Source: Acidimicrobiales bacterium (lineage in GTDB: Bacteria; Actinomycetota; Acidimicrobiia; Acidimicrobiales; AC-9). From it: a stretch of 64,000 bases of DNA. Of the stretch, positions 1 to 9,060 are shown piece by piece (position 1 is the first letter of the stretch; each line of letters starts with the position of its first letter). The DNA lies in assembly GCA_036491125.1 (NCBI GenBank), contig DASXCO010000059.1, forward strand, positions 4,981 through 68,980. The letters run 5' to 3'. The notes below the pieces were generated by a model. It saw only the letters and a list, made by a program, of their open reading frames with translations. It had not been told where the DNA came from and ran no database searches. A program made the position numbers and the translations under genes.

Positions 1-98
1 AGCAAGAACCCGACACGCTGACCGGATACCCCGGACGGCGGAAGGGTGGGGATCGTGCTGCCCTCCTCGGACTGCACGGCCCCGCTTTCCGTCTCGAT

Positions 99-653
99 TT
101 GCCTTCTACGATATCAGTCATGAGCAGCCTCTGGACACCCGGTGGAGAGCGTCCGGTATCCCGTCCCGGCGAGGAGCAGCAAGGAGAACGACGGGAACGC
201 CCACCGATCTCGGGAGCGCCACCAGCCGGCGCGGGAGGTCCGCCCGGAGGAGGACCGGAGGGCGGGGCGGACGAGCCGGACGACGCCGAGCTGCGGGAGC
301 GGATGACCGAGCTGCGCCAGCAGCTGGCCGACACCCCCGCACGGACGGTCGTAGCCAACCACTGCTACGGCATGTTCGAGCTGGCCGCGCTCCATCTCTC
401 GCTCGATCCTCCCAAGCTCGACCAGGCCCGGCTGGCCATCGACGCCCTCGCTCTGCTGGTCGAGGGGCTCGGCTCGCGCCTCGGCGAGGAACAGGACAAC
501 CTGCGCGAGGGGCTCACCCAGCTGCGGCTGGCCTTCGTGCGCATGGGCGGGACGACGACCGCCGAGGAGGCAGCCGACTCGAGCCCCGACGCCGGAGCGC
601 CAGCATCAGGAGACTCAGGTGACTCAGGAGCGACTGGGGGGACAGGAAGCTAG
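99..653 (+). CDS. Conserved hypothetical protein with a DUF1844-like C-terminal half and a Gly/Pro/Glu-rich N-terminus
   Basis: 184-aa ORF with a TTG start. The segment VVANHCYGMFELAALHLSLDPPKLDQARLAIDALALLVEGLGSRLGEEQDNLREGLTQLRLAF fits my recollection of the DUF1844 pattern. The true start is uncertain. Confidence 0.5.
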   Translation: MPSTISVMSSLWTPGGERPVSRPGEEQQGERRERPPISGAPPAGAGGPPGGGPEGGADEPDDAELRERMTELRQQLADTPARTVVANHCYGMFELAALHLSLDPPKLDQARLAIDALALLVEGLGSRLGEEQDNLREGLTQLRLAFVRMGGTTTAEEAADSSPDAGAPASGDSGDSGATGGTGS

Positions 654-872
654 GCCCGTCGCCTCCCAGCGCCCCAGGTGGCCGGCCACCACGCTGAGGG
701 CAACTCTGGTGCCCACGGCGATGGTGCGGCTGCCGTCGGCGATGGCCGTGCAGTGGAAGGGAAAGAAGCGGCCGTCGTCGGTCACGACGCTCCCGAGGCC
801 CCGCTCCTCGTCGAAGGTCGCCACGCGGCCCTCGGCCCGCTCACCGGGGCCCGGCGTCGCCCGCGCGGGCAT
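624..872 (-). CDS. Cold-shock-domain-like small OB-fold protein
   Basis: 82 aa. GRVATFDEERGLGSVVTDDGRFFPFHCTAI...GTRVALSV follows the CspA-type pattern. The ATG overlaps the hisG stop (ATGA at 872). Confidence 0.5.
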   Translation of the reverse strand: MPARATPGPGERAEGRVATFDEERGLGSVVTDDGRFFPFHCTAIADGSRTIAVGTRVALSVVAGHLGRWEATGLASCPPSRS

Positions 873-1747
873 CAGGGGACGATCTTGGACAGGGCCAGCT
901 CGAGGATGTCGGTCGCGCCGCGATCGCGGAGGGCGGGGATGAGCACGTTGATCTCGGACTTGGGGACGACCGTCTCGACGGCGTAGCTGTCCTCTCCGAA
1001 CAGCTTGGACACCGTCGGCGACCGCATCGACGGCAGCAGATCGATCACGACGTCGAGGTCGCTGGCGCCGACGTTGAGCTTGACCAACACCATTCCCCGC
1101 GCCTCCAGGGCGCCCTCGAGGAGGGTGTGGAGCTGGCCCATGGCGTGGGCTTTCTCAGGGTCGGCGACGGCGGCGGGGTTGGCCACCAGCTCGGTGTGGG
1201 ACACGAGCAGGGTGTCGATGATGCGCAGCCCCGCCGCCCGCAGGGCCCTGCCCGTCTCGGTGATCTCCACGACGGCGTCGGCGATGTCGGGCACCTTCGC
1301 CTCGGTCGCTCCGTAGGAGAGGCGGACGTCGGCCTCGACACCCTGTTCGTGCAGGAACCGTCGGGTCAGCTCGGGGTACTCCGTCGAGACCCTGGACCCG
1401 GGGGCGAGCTCTTTGGCGCTCTGCACCGGCGAGTCCTCGTCGACGGCCAGGACCACCCGGACCGGGTTGCGGCTGGCCTTGGAGTAGGCGAGGCGACCAA
1501 GCGAGACCAGTTCGGCGCCGGTCTCCTCGATCCAGTCACGACCGGTCACCCCGAGGTCGAACAACCCGTCGGCGACGTAGCGGGGAATCTCCTGGGGGCG
1601 CAGGATGCGAACCTCGTCGATGCGGGGATCGTCGATCGAGCCCCGGTAGTCCACCTCCGAGCCTCGACCCACAGCCAGGTCGGCGGCGGCGAACAGCTCG
1701 AGCGTCGCCCGCTCGAGGGACCCCTTGGGAAGGACGAGGCGCAGCAC
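872..1747 (-). CDS. hisG: ATP phosphoribosyltransferase, long form with C-terminal regulatory domain
   Basis: Motifs VLRLVLPKGSLERATLELF and LRPQEIPRYVADGLFDLGVTGRDW. The start was moved to the GTG at 1747, because the ORF-track N-terminus overlaps ribH. Confidence 0.9.
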   Translation of the reverse strand: MLRLVLPKGSLERATLELFAAADLAVGRGSEVDYRGSIDDPRIDEVRILRPQEIPRYVADGLFDLGVTGRDWIEETGAELVSLGRLAYSKASRNPVRVVLAVDEDSPVQSAKELAPGSRVSTEYPELTRRFLHEQGVEADVRLSYGATEAKVPDIADAVVEITETGRALRAAGLRIIDTLLVSHTELVANPAAVADPEKAHAMGQLHTLLEGALEARGMVLVKLNVGASDLDVVIDLLPSMRSPTVSKLFGEDSYAVETVVPKSEINVLIPALRDRGATDILELALSKIVP

Positions 1748-1772
1748 TACCTGCTCGCCACCGGGCGGCTCC

Positions 1773-2300
1773 TCACGACGCGCCCCCGCCTTTCGGCAGC
1801 TGACGAAGGAGGTCGGCCATCTCGATGGCGGCGAGGGCGGCATCGAAGCCCTTGTTCCCCGCCTTGGTCCCGGCGCGCTCGATGGCCTGCTCGACCGTAT
1901 CGGTCGTGAGCACGCCGAAGAGGACCGGCACGCCGGTGTCCAGCTGGGCCCGCTGCAGTCCGGCCGCGCACTGACCGGCCACGTGCTCGTAGTGGTCGGT
2001 GGCGCCCCGGATCACGGCGCCGAGACAGACCACGGCGTCGACCTCGCCCGACGCCGCGAGCCGACGGGCGACGAGCGGCAGCTCGAACGCCCCGGGCGCC
2101 CAGGCCACGGTGATCGACGATGCGTCCACCCCGTGGCGGACCAGGCCGTCGTAGGCGCCGTCGAGCAGCCGGTCGGTCACCAGACGGTTGAACCGGCTGC
2201 ACGCGACCGCGACCCGCATCCCGTCGCCTCGGAGCCGCCCCACGTAGGCCCCGCGATCGTCGGAGCGCCCGGGTGGAGCGGTGTGCTCAGAGGACGTCAT
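1773..2300 (-). CDS. ribH: 6,7-dimethyl-8-ribityllumazine synthase
   Basis: Motifs [21 protein letters not shown] and [16 protein letters not shown]. An alternative GTG start lies near 2243. Confidence 0.9.
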   Translation of the reverse strand: MTSSEHTAPPGRSDDRGAYVGRLRGDGMRVAVACSRFNRLVTDRLLDGAYDGLVRHGVDASSITVAWAPGAFELPLVARRLAASGEVDAVVCLGAVIRGATDHYEHVAGQCAAGLQRAQLDTGVPVLFGVLTTDTVEQAIERAGTKAGNKGFDAALAAIEMADLLRQLPKGGGAS

Positions 2301-3507
2301 CGAGTCCCTCCAGCAGATGACCCATCCGCTCCCGCTTGGCCCGGAGGTACTGGATGTTCTCCGGGTTGGGAGACGACTCGAGCGGAACCCGCTCGACGAT
2401 GTCGAGCCCGAACCCCTCCAGGCCGCCGTACTTGGCTGGGTTGTTGGTCATCAGGCGCATGGTCGTGATACCCAGGTCGACGAGGATCTGGGCTCCGATA
2501 CCGTACTCGCGGCTGTCGACCGGCAGGCCCAATTCCACGTTGGCGTCGACCGTGTCCCGGCCCTGCTCCTGGAGCGTGTAGGCGCGCAGCTTGTGCTTGA
2601 GCCCGATGCCGCGGCCCTCGTGACCCCGCAGGTAGACGACCACACCGAGGTCCTCCTCGGCGATGAGGCGAATGGCGGCGTCGAGCTGCGGGCCGCAGTC
2701 GCAGCGGAACGACCCGAAGACGTCGCCGGTGAGGCACTCGCTGTGCACCCGCACGAGGACGTTGTCCTCACCCTGGACCGCGCCCCGCACCAGGGCCAGG
2801 TGCTGCTCCTCGTCCAGCACCGACTCGTAGGCGAAGCAGGTGAAATCGCCGTACGTGGTCGGGATCCGGGCCTCACTGACCCGGCGGACCAGCTTGTCCT
2901 TCTGCCGGCGGTAGTGGATGAGGTCGGCGATGGAGATCACCAGCAGGTCGTGCTCCTTGGCGAACCGCTCGAGCTCCACCAGGCGGGCCATGCCCGTCTT
3001 GTCGGCGTTGACGACCTCGCACAGCACTGCCGCCGGGTACAGGTGGGCGGCCCGCGCCAGGTCGACCGCCGCCTCGGTGTGACCGGCCCGCTTGAGCACG
3101 CCGCCCGGTCGGTATCGCAGCGGCAGGATGTGGCCCGGACGGGCCAGGTCACCGGGCCGGGTGCCAGGGTCGATCAGCGCCTTGATGGTGGCAGCCCGGT
3201 CGGCGGCGGAGATGCCCGTGGTGGTGCCGTGGCGGTAGTCGACGGTGACGGTGAAGGCGGTGCGCTGCGACTCGGTATTGGACGTCACCATCAGCGGCAG
3301 GTCCAGCTGGTCGAGACGGTCGCCCGTCATGGGGACGCAGATGAGGCCGGAGGTGTGGGCCAGGAAGAACGCGATCTTCTCCGGCGTGACCGCTTCTGCG
3401 GCCATGATGAGGTCGCCCTCGTTCTCCCGGTCCTCGTCGTCGACCGCGACCACCATGTCGCCGCGACCGATGGCGGCGATGGCGTCGTCGATCCGGGCCA
3501 TCGGCAT
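2287..3507 (-). CDS. ribBA: Bifunctional 3,4-dihydroxy-2-butanone-4-phosphate synthase / GTP cyclohydrolase II
   Basis: [11 protein letters not shown] marks the DHBP synthase half and [18 protein letters not shown] the GCH II zinc site. The start was set to the ATG at 3507, just after the ribE stop. Confidence 0.93.
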   Translation of the reverse strand: MPMARIDDAIAAIGRGDMVVAVDDEDRENEGDLIMAAEAVTPEKIAFFLAHTSGLICVPMTGDRLDQLDLPLMVTSNTESQRTAFTVTVDYRHGTTTGISAADRAATIKALIDPGTRPGDLARPGHILPLRYRPGGVLKRAGHTEAAVDLARAAHLYPAAVLCEVVNADKTGMARLVELERFAKEHDLLVISIADLIHYRRQKDKLVRRVSEARIPTTYGDFTCFAYESVLDEEQHLALVRGAVQGEDNVLVRVHSECLTGDVFGSFRCDCGPQLDAAIRLIAEEDLGVVVYLRGHEGRGIGLKHKLRAYTLQEQGRDTVDANVELGLPVDSREYGIGAQILVDLGITTMRLMTNNPAKYGGLEGFGLDIVERVPLESSPNPENIQYLRAKRERMGHLLEGLDDVL

Positions 3508-3508
3508 G

Positions 3509-4099
3509 TCAGGGACCTCCCTGGTCGTTGCGAGCCCCGCCACTGACCAGCAGGCGCTCGGTGTACTTGGCGATCACGTCGATCTCGAGGTTCACCGCGT
3601 CGCCGGGCCCCTTGTGCCCCAACGTGGTGGCTCGCGCGGTATGGGGCACGATGGCGGCGCTGAGGCTGTCCGCGGTCACGTCCACCACCGTGAGGCTGAC
3701 CCCGTCCACGGTGATCGATCCTTTCTCGACCACGTAGCGGAGCACGGCCTCGGGAGCGCGTACGCGCAGCGCGGGCGCCGGCTCCACGATCGTCCCGACG
3801 GCATCCACGTGGCCCTGGACCAGGTGACCCCCCAGCCGGTCCGACAGCCGCACGGGCCGTTCGAGGTTCACCGGATCGCCGGGAGCGAGCCCGTCGAGGT
3901 TGGTCCGGGACAACGTCTCGTCGACGGCGTCTGCCGCCCAACACCCCTCGCCGGTCGCCGTCACGGTGAGGCAGCACCCGTTGACGGCGATCGAGTCACC
4001 CACCCGGGCGTCCTCGGACACAAGCGGAGCCTCGAACAACAGGCGACCGCCGTCGCTCGCTCGCACCCGCCCGAGCTCTTCCACGATGCCGGTGAACAC
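3509..4099 (-). CDS. ribE: Riboflavin synthase alpha chain
   Basis: N-terminus [12 protein letters not shown] plus an internally duplicated lumazine-binding fold pattern. Confidence 0.9.
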   Translation of the reverse strand: MFTGIVEELGRVRASDGGRLLFEAPLVSEDARVGDSIAVNGCCLTVTATGEGCWAADAVDETLSRTNLDGLAPGDPVNLERPVRLSDRLGGHLVQGHVDAVGTIVEPAPALRVRAPEAVLRYVVEKGSITVDGVSLTVVDVTADSLSAAIVPHTARATTLGHKGPGDAVNLEIDVIAKYTERLLVSGGARNDQGGP

Positions 4100-4105
4100 G
4101 CGCTC

Positions 4106-5149
4106 CTACCTCCCCGCCTCGGTCCCGGCCAGGGCCGCCTCGGCCTGGGCGCCCGGTTGCTTGCCAGGGGGTGCGAGCTCGACGCGGAGATCCTCTCCGA
4201 GGCGCTCGATCGACCGCATGCGACCGCGCCACAACCCTCCGATCGTGGGGGCACCGGGACCCTCGAACACCGGGCGGCCGTCCGAACCGCCCAGGAGCGC
4301 CGGCGCGAGGTAGATGACATAGCGGTCCACCAGCCCTGAGGCGTGGAAGTCGTGCGCCACGGTCGGCCCTCCCTCGACCAGGACCTGGAGGATCTGTCGG
4401 CGCCCCAGGTCCTCCAGCACCTCGCCGAGATCGCCGATCAGCTCCACCGCCGGATGGATCTTGGCCCCGGCCGGCGCCCGCCCCAGGACCACCCGCAGGG
4501 GTTGGCGCTCAGGGGCGTCGCCGCCCGCAAGTCGCACGGTGAGCTCGGGGTCGTCGGCCCGCACCGTGCCGGCCCCCACGAGGACGGCGTCGCTCTCCGA
4601 CCGGAGCCGGTGGGCGTCGGCGCGGGCCTCGGGGCCGGTGATCCACCGGCTGGTGCCGTCGGGGGCCGCTACCCGCCCGTCGAGGGTCGCGGCCAGCTTC
4701 AGCACCACCCAGGGCCGGCCCGTCCGGCGCTGCTTGAGGTAGGGGGCGAGCTGGTCCTCGACGGCGCCGGCCTCGATCCCGACCGAGACCTCGATCCCGG
4801 CCTGGCGCAGGCGCTCCAGCCCCCGCCCCGACACGCGGGGATCAGGGTCGAGGACACCCACGACCACCCTGGACACGCCGGCGGCGGCGATGGCATCGGC
4901 GCAGGGCCCGGTGCGACCGACGTGTGAGCATGGCTCCAGCGTGCAGTACAGGGTCGCTCCCCGCGCTCCCTCGCCCGCTTCGGCCAGGGCTGCGGCCTCG
5001 GCGTGGGCCTGGCCCGGGCCGGAGTGGGCGCCCTCGAACGTCGAGGCACCGGACACGATCACGCATCCGACCCAAGGGTTGGGCGAGGTCCGGGTGCGGA
5101 CGGAAGCCGCCAGCTCGACCGCCCGCTGCATGGCTGCTTCGTCGCGCAT
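4106..5149 (-). CDS. ribD: Bifunctional diaminohydroxyphosphoribosylaminopyrimidine deaminase / 5-amino-6-(5-phosphoribosylamino)uracil reductase
   Basis: Cytidine-deaminase zinc motif HAEAAAL...CTLEPCSHVGRTGPC, followed by a C-terminal reductase domain. Confidence 0.9.
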   Translation of the reverse strand: MRDEAAMQRAVELAASVRTRTSPNPWVGCVIVSGASTFEGAHSGPGQAHAEAAALAEAGEGARGATLYCTLEPCSHVGRTGPCADAIAAAGVSRVVVGVLDPDPRVSGRGLERLRQAGIEVSVGIEAGAVEDQLAPYLKQRRTGRPWVVLKLAATLDGRVAAPDGTSRWITGPEARADAHRLRSESDAVLVGAGTVRADDPELTVRLAGGDAPERQPLRVVLGRAPAGAKIHPAVELIGDLGEVLEDLGRRQILQVLVEGGPTVAHDFHASGLVDRYVIYLAPALLGGSDGRPVFEGPGAPTIGGLWRGRMRSIERLGEDLRVELAPPGKQPGAQAEAALAGTEAGR

Positions 5150-5172
5150 GATGTGTCTCTTGACCGCTCAGT

Positions 5173-5649
5173 CTAGTGTTCGGTCGGACGCCCGGCTAGC
5201 AGGTCGAGGGCGTGCGGGAGGGTGTCGAGGACGGCATCCACGCACTCGACAGCCCCCGCCGGCGATCCGGGGGTGTTGAGCACGATGCACCGGCCCAGGG
5301 TGCCGGCGACACCCCTCGACAGCCGACCTCGGGGGCTCACCAGGCGCATGGCCTCGGCCAGGCCGGGAGCGTCACGGTCGAGCACGGCCCGGGTGCCTTC
5401 GGGGGTCAGGTCCCGCGCCCCGAAGCCAGTGCCCCCGGTGGTGACCACGAGGCCCTCGAAGTCCGTCGCCAGGCGGCGCAGGGCGTCGGAGACCGCCTCG
5501 GCCCCGTCGGCCACTGACTGCCGATCGGTCACGTCGAACCCTGCGGCAGCCAGACGCTCTCCGAGTGCCCGCCCCGATCGGTCTTCCCGGGTGCCAGCGA
5601 CGACGCCGTCGGAGACCGTGAGCACCTTCGCCGTCAGCGGCGAGCTCAC
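5173..5649 (-). CDS. mog: MogA/MoaB-family molybdopterin adenylyltransferase
   Basis: 158 aa. Motifs KVLTVSDGVVAGTREDRSG and VVTTGGTGFGARD. The start overlaps the rpe stop. Confidence 0.8.
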   Translation of the reverse strand: MSSPLTAKVLTVSDGVVAGTREDRSGRALGERLAAAGFDVTDRQSVADGAEAVSDALRRLATDFEGLVVTTGGTGFGARDLTPEGTRAVLDRDAPGLAEAMRLVSPRGRLSRGVAGTLGRCIVLNTPGSPAGAVECVDAVLDTLPHALDLLAGRPTEH

Positions 5650-6317
5650 CGGCCGGCCCGCTCGTGCTCTCCCTCGGCGGCGCGCTGCAGGAGACGGGCC
5701 GCCTCCTGGGGATCGTCCTGGCCGAAGACCGCCGTTCCCGCGGCGAAGACCTCCGCCCCGGCACGGGCGGCCACCGGCAGGGTGTGCGACTCGATGCCGC
5801 CATCGACCTCGATGGCGACGGCCAACCCCCGGCGGTCGATCTCGGCCCGGGTGCGCTCGACCTTGGGCATCACCTCGGCCATGAAGGTCTGTCCCCCGAA
5901 GCCGGGGAAGACCGTCATCAGCAGGACGAGGTCGATCCGGTCCAGATACCCGGCGACGGCCTCGAACGGCGTGTCGGGGTTCACGGCCACGCCGACGCTG
6001 AGTCCGAGGCTGCGCATCTCGCCGATGAGGGACTCGGTGTCACCGGCCTCGACGTGCACGGTGCAGTGGTCGGCGCCCGCCCCCCGGAAGGCCTCGAGGA
6101 AGTCGCCCGGGTTGGTCATCATCAGATGGCAGTCGAAATAGAGCTTCGTGCGCCGACGCAGCGCGGCCACGACCGGGGGCCCGACGGTGATGTTGGGCAC
6201 GAAATGCCCGTCCATCACGTCGACGTGGAGCCAGTCCACCTGATCGCCCAGCCTCGCGACATCATCGGCCAGGGCCGCGTAATCGGCGGCGAGGATGGAT
6301 GGCGCGATCCGGATCAT
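5646..6317 (-). CDS. rpe: Ribulose-phosphate 3-epimerase
   Basis: Motifs MIRIAPSILAADYA, HVDVMDGHFVPN and EVDGG. Confidence 0.93.
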   Translation of the reverse strand: MIRIAPSILAADYAALADDVARLGDQVDWLHVDVMDGHFVPNITVGPPVVAALRRRTKLYFDCHLMMTNPGDFLEAFRGAGADHCTVHVEAGDTESLIGEMRSLGLSVGVAVNPDTPFEAVAGYLDRIDLVLLMTVFPGFGGQTFMAEVMPKVERTRAEIDRRGLAVAIEVDGGIESHTLPVAARAGAEVFAAGTAVFGQDDPQEAARLLQRAAEGEHERAGR

Positions 6318-6338
6318 CGCCCGGGAGCCTACCGGTGA

Positions 6339-7487
6339 CTAGGAGTCGCTCCAGCGAAGCCGGAGCACGTACATACCGTCGGTGCCCGCCGCCTGGGGCA
6401 GGAGCAGCGCGCCGCGCCCCCGCGCCGTCCAGGGCGCACCGGGGGCTTCGAGCGCCACGAGCTCGGGGTGCTGCTTCGCCAGCCAATCGTCGATGGCGAC
6501 CGTCTCTGTGTTCGTCATGGTGCACGCGCTGTACACCAGGGTCCCGCCAGGGTGCAGATACCCTGCTGCGCTCTGGAGGAGCTCACGCTGCAGCACCGCC
6601 AAGCGCTCGACGTCATCCGGCGCAACGCGCCAGCGGGCGTCCGGGCGTCGACGCAGGGCGCCCAGGCCTGAGCACGGCGCATCGACCAGCACACGGTCGA
6701 AGACCGCGGAGCGCACCGGGGGCCGCCGTGCGTCGGCCACGATGGCGTTGACGTTGGGCAGCCCGAGCCGCCGGGCGTTGTCGTTGACGATGCGGGCCCT
6801 CGTCTCGCGCACATCGCCCGCAACCACAAGCGACGGACGACCGGTCGAGCCGGCCATGAACGTGGCCTTGCCACCGGGCGCCGCGCACAGGTCGGCGACC
6901 CTGTCGCCGGGACCCGCGCCGATCAGAGCCGCCACCCACTGCGACGCCTCGTCCTGGACGTAGCCGTCATCTCGCTCCGCGACCACAGCGGGACGGTTCA
7001 TCTCGGCCAGCGCGGCCATGCTCGCCGACGCGCCGAGGTCCTCGGTGAGGCGCTCGACAACCCAGTCCGGGTAGCTCAGCCCGGTCGCCGCGTCTGGCCA
7101 CTCCGGCGGCGTCGCTGCGGCCACCTTGCGCAACACGGCGTTGACGAGCCCCCGCGCGCGCAACGGTGCGGCGTCGACGGTCGCGGACACGGCGGCGTGC
7201 GGCGGCGTGCCGGCCACGGCCAGCTGGTAGGCACCGAGGCGCAAGGCGGCACGGACGTCGTCGTCGAGCGACCGGCGGACATGGGGTGCGAGGAGCCAGT
7301 CGCAGGCTCGCCGCATACGAGTCGTCCCGTAGACGAGCTCGGTCGTGAAGGCCCGGTCCCGGGTCGACAGCCCGCTCCTCCCGAGCAGGCCGGGGAGCAC
7401 CAGGTTGGCGTAGGCGCCGTGCTCGATCTGCACCAACGCGTCCAGTGCCACGCCTCTCGATGTCTTGGGCCCGGCGGAAACACTCAC
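6339..7487 (-). CDS. rsmB: 16S rRNA (cytosine967-C5)-methyltransferase
   Basis: Motifs DLCAAPGGK and DAPCSGLGALRRRPD. The start was set to the GTG at 7487, which overlaps the fmt TGA (GTGA). Confidence 0.88.
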   Translation of the reverse strand: MSVSAGPKTSRGVALDALVQIEHGAYANLVLPGLLGRSGLSTRDRAFTTELVYGTTRMRRACDWLLAPHVRRSLDDDVRAALRLGAYQLAVAGTPPHAAVSATVDAAPLRARGLVNAVLRKVAAATPPEWPDAATGLSYPDWVVERLTEDLGASASMAALAEMNRPAVVAERDDGYVQDEASQWVAALIGAGPGDRVADLCAAPGGKATFMAGSTGRPSLVVAGDVRETRARIVNDNARRLGLPNVNAIVADARRPPVRSAVFDRVLVDAPCSGLGALRRRPDARWRVAPDDVERLAVLQRELLQSAAGYLHPGGTLVYSACTMTNTETVAIDDWLAKQHPELVALEAPGAPWTARGRGALLLPQAAGTDGMYVLRLRWSDS

Positions 7488-8362
7488 GTGCCGAGCACCT
7501 CCCCCTCCGCCAGGCGGGCGCCCCGCAGCCACGAGTCAGCCGGGACGACGCCGCGGCCCTCCGGCTTCACCGCCACCAGCTCCAGGGCGCCGTCGCCCGT
7601 CGCCACTCCGAGGCCCTCGAGCTGCCCAGGCGATCCCGGCGACGGCGGGCGGGGCGCCACCCGGGCCCGGACCACCTCCAGTCGTCGGCCCCGCACGGTG
7701 GTCCAGGCCCGGCCGAGACGGACCAGTCGGTGGAGCTCGACGGCCGGCCGGGACCAGTCGAGGTGGAGCTCGGCGGGATCGAGCTTGGCCGCATAGGTCG
7801 GCTCGCCGGTCTGGGGGCGCGGTGTCGGCAGGCTCTCCCGGCCACGCTCGAGCGCCGTCACGAGGAGCTCGGTGCCGACGTCGGTCAGTCGTCGCCGCAG
7901 CTCCTCGGCGGTCTCCTCGGGCCCGATGACGACGCGCTCGCACGAGTAGACATCACCGGTGTCGAGTCCCTCCTCCAGCGCCATGAGGCACACGCCGGTC
8001 TCGGCGTCGCCGGCGAGGATGGCCCGCTCGACGGGCGCCGCCCCCCGCCATCGGGGAAGAAGCGAGAAGTGGACGTTGACCATGTCCAGTTCGGCCAGCA
8101 CGTGCGGCTTCACGAGCCGGCCGAAGGCCACCACCACACCCAGCTCGGCCCCCACGGTCAGCACGTCGTCGACCTTGGCGCTCACCGGGAGGCCGAGCTC
8201 CACCGCCGCCGCCTTCACCGGGCTCGGGCTCAGCTGAGGTCCCCGACCGCGGCGGCGGTCCGGCCGGGTGACGACCAGGGCGACGTCGTGACCGGCGGCG
8301 ACCAGGGCCCGGAGCGCCGGCACGGCGATCCCGGGGGTGCCGAGGAAGGCGAGGCGGGCCAG
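7484..8362 (-). CDS. fmt: Methionyl-tRNA formyltransferase
   Basis: Motifs ARLAFLGTPGIAVPAL and HFSLLPRWRGAAPV. The only canonical in-frame start is the GTG at 8647, 95 codons upstream and inside def. The likely start is the CTG at 8362, preceded by AAGGGG. Confidence 0.85.
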   Translation of the reverse strand: MARLAFLGTPGIAVPALRALVAAGHDVALVVTRPDRRRGRGPQLSPSPVKAAAVELGLPVSAKVDDVLTVGAELGVVVAFGRLVKPHVLAELDMVNVHFSLLPRWRGAAPVERAILAGDAETGVCLMALEEGLDTGDVYSCERVVIGPEETAEELRRRLTDVGTELLVTALERGRESLPTPRPQTGEPTYAAKLDPAELHLDWSRPAVELHRLVRLGRAWTTVRGRRLEVVRARVAPRPPSPGSPGQLEGLGVATGDGALELVAVKPEGRGVVPADSWLRGARLAEGEVLGT

Positions 8363-8370
8363 GGCGCCCC

Positions 8371-8898
8371 TTAACGGCCCGCCGGCCGCCCGTTGCCGGG
8401 CAGGCTCAGCGTGCGCTCCCGCAAGGTGCGCATGGCCTCCTTGCGTTGCTCGCTGTCGAGGCGCTCGAGGAGGAGCATGCCGTCGAGGTGGTCCACCTCG
8501 TGCTGGAACACCCGGGCCAACAGCTCGTCGGCCTCGATCGACAACTCCCGGCCGTCGAGGTCGCGGCCTCGCAGGTGCACCTGCCCGGGTCGGACGACTG
8601 GCCAGAACAGGCTCGGCACCGAGAGGCAGCCCTCCTCGTAGGTCCACTCGCCTCTGTGGTCGGAGATCACCGGGTTGATCACGACGCGGGGGCCGTCGCC
8701 CACGTCGTAGACGAACAGGCGCTTCTGCACGCCGACCTGGGGAGCGGCGAGCCCCACACCGGGGGCCGCCCGCATGGTCTCGATCATGTCGTCGACAAGG
8801 CGGACGATCGACTCGTCGACGGTCTCGACCTCGGGGGTGCGCTGCTTGAGCACCGGGTCGCCAAAGGTCCTGATCGGAAGAAGGGCCACCACGAGCAC
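8371..8898 (-). CDS. def: Peptide deformylase
   Basis: Motifs GVGLAAPQVG, EGCLSVP and QHEVDHLDG. The ORF-track start at 8934 lies inside the tandem repeat. GTG codons at 8898, 8892 and 8889 give the usual (M)ALLPIRTFGDPVL N-terminus. Confidence 0.9.
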   Translation of the reverse strand: MLVVALLPIRTFGDPVLKQRTPEVETVDESIVRLVDDMIETMRAAPGVGLAAPQVGVQKRLFVYDVGDGPRVVINPVISDHRGEWTYEEGCLSVPSLFWPVVRPGQVHLRGRDLDGRELSIEADELLARVFQHEVDHLDGMLLLERLDSEQRKEAMRTLRERTLSLPGNGRPAGR

Positions 8899-8901
8899 TC
8901 T

Positions 8902-9060
8902 AGGCCCGCCCGGGAGGCGGGCCAGCAGAGGCACCGCAGGCGCGAAGCGCCAAGGCCCGCCCGGGAGGCGGGCCAGCAGAGGCGCCGCAGGCGCGAAGCG
9001 CCAAGGCCCGCCCGGGAGGCGGGCCTGCTAGCTAGCCCGCCCGGGAGGCGGGCCAGCAGG
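8902..9060. repeat. Array of two full 51-bp tandem repeat units, a partial third copy, and a fourth copy of the core hairpin
   Basis: Units at 8902-8952 and 8953-9003 differ by one base (a/g). The core hairpin GGCCCGCC-CGGGA-GGCGGGCC occurs at 8903-8923, 8954-8974, 9005-9025 and 9035-9053. A second small hairpin, GGCGC-GAA-GCGCC, occurs at 8939-8951 and 8990-9002. Confidence 0.9.

Noticed and set aside
5150-5172. Expected an FMN riboswitch upstream of ribD
   Set aside because: Only 23 nt separate ribD from the upstream mog gene, and the mog/rpe/rsmB junctions are also tight. There is no room for an aptamer of roughly 130-150 nt, and I saw no FMN-element core sequence.
8774-9031. Plus-strand ORF encoding the repeated peptide GPPGRRASRG(T/A)AGAKRQ
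   Set aside because: It is a translation artefact of the 51-bp tandem DNA repeat, it is antisense to def, and its composition is not protein-like.
8902-9060. Tandem repeats considered as a possible CRISPR array
   Set aside because: The repeats are directly adjacent with no unique spacers. There are only about 3.5 copies and no cas genes in the window.
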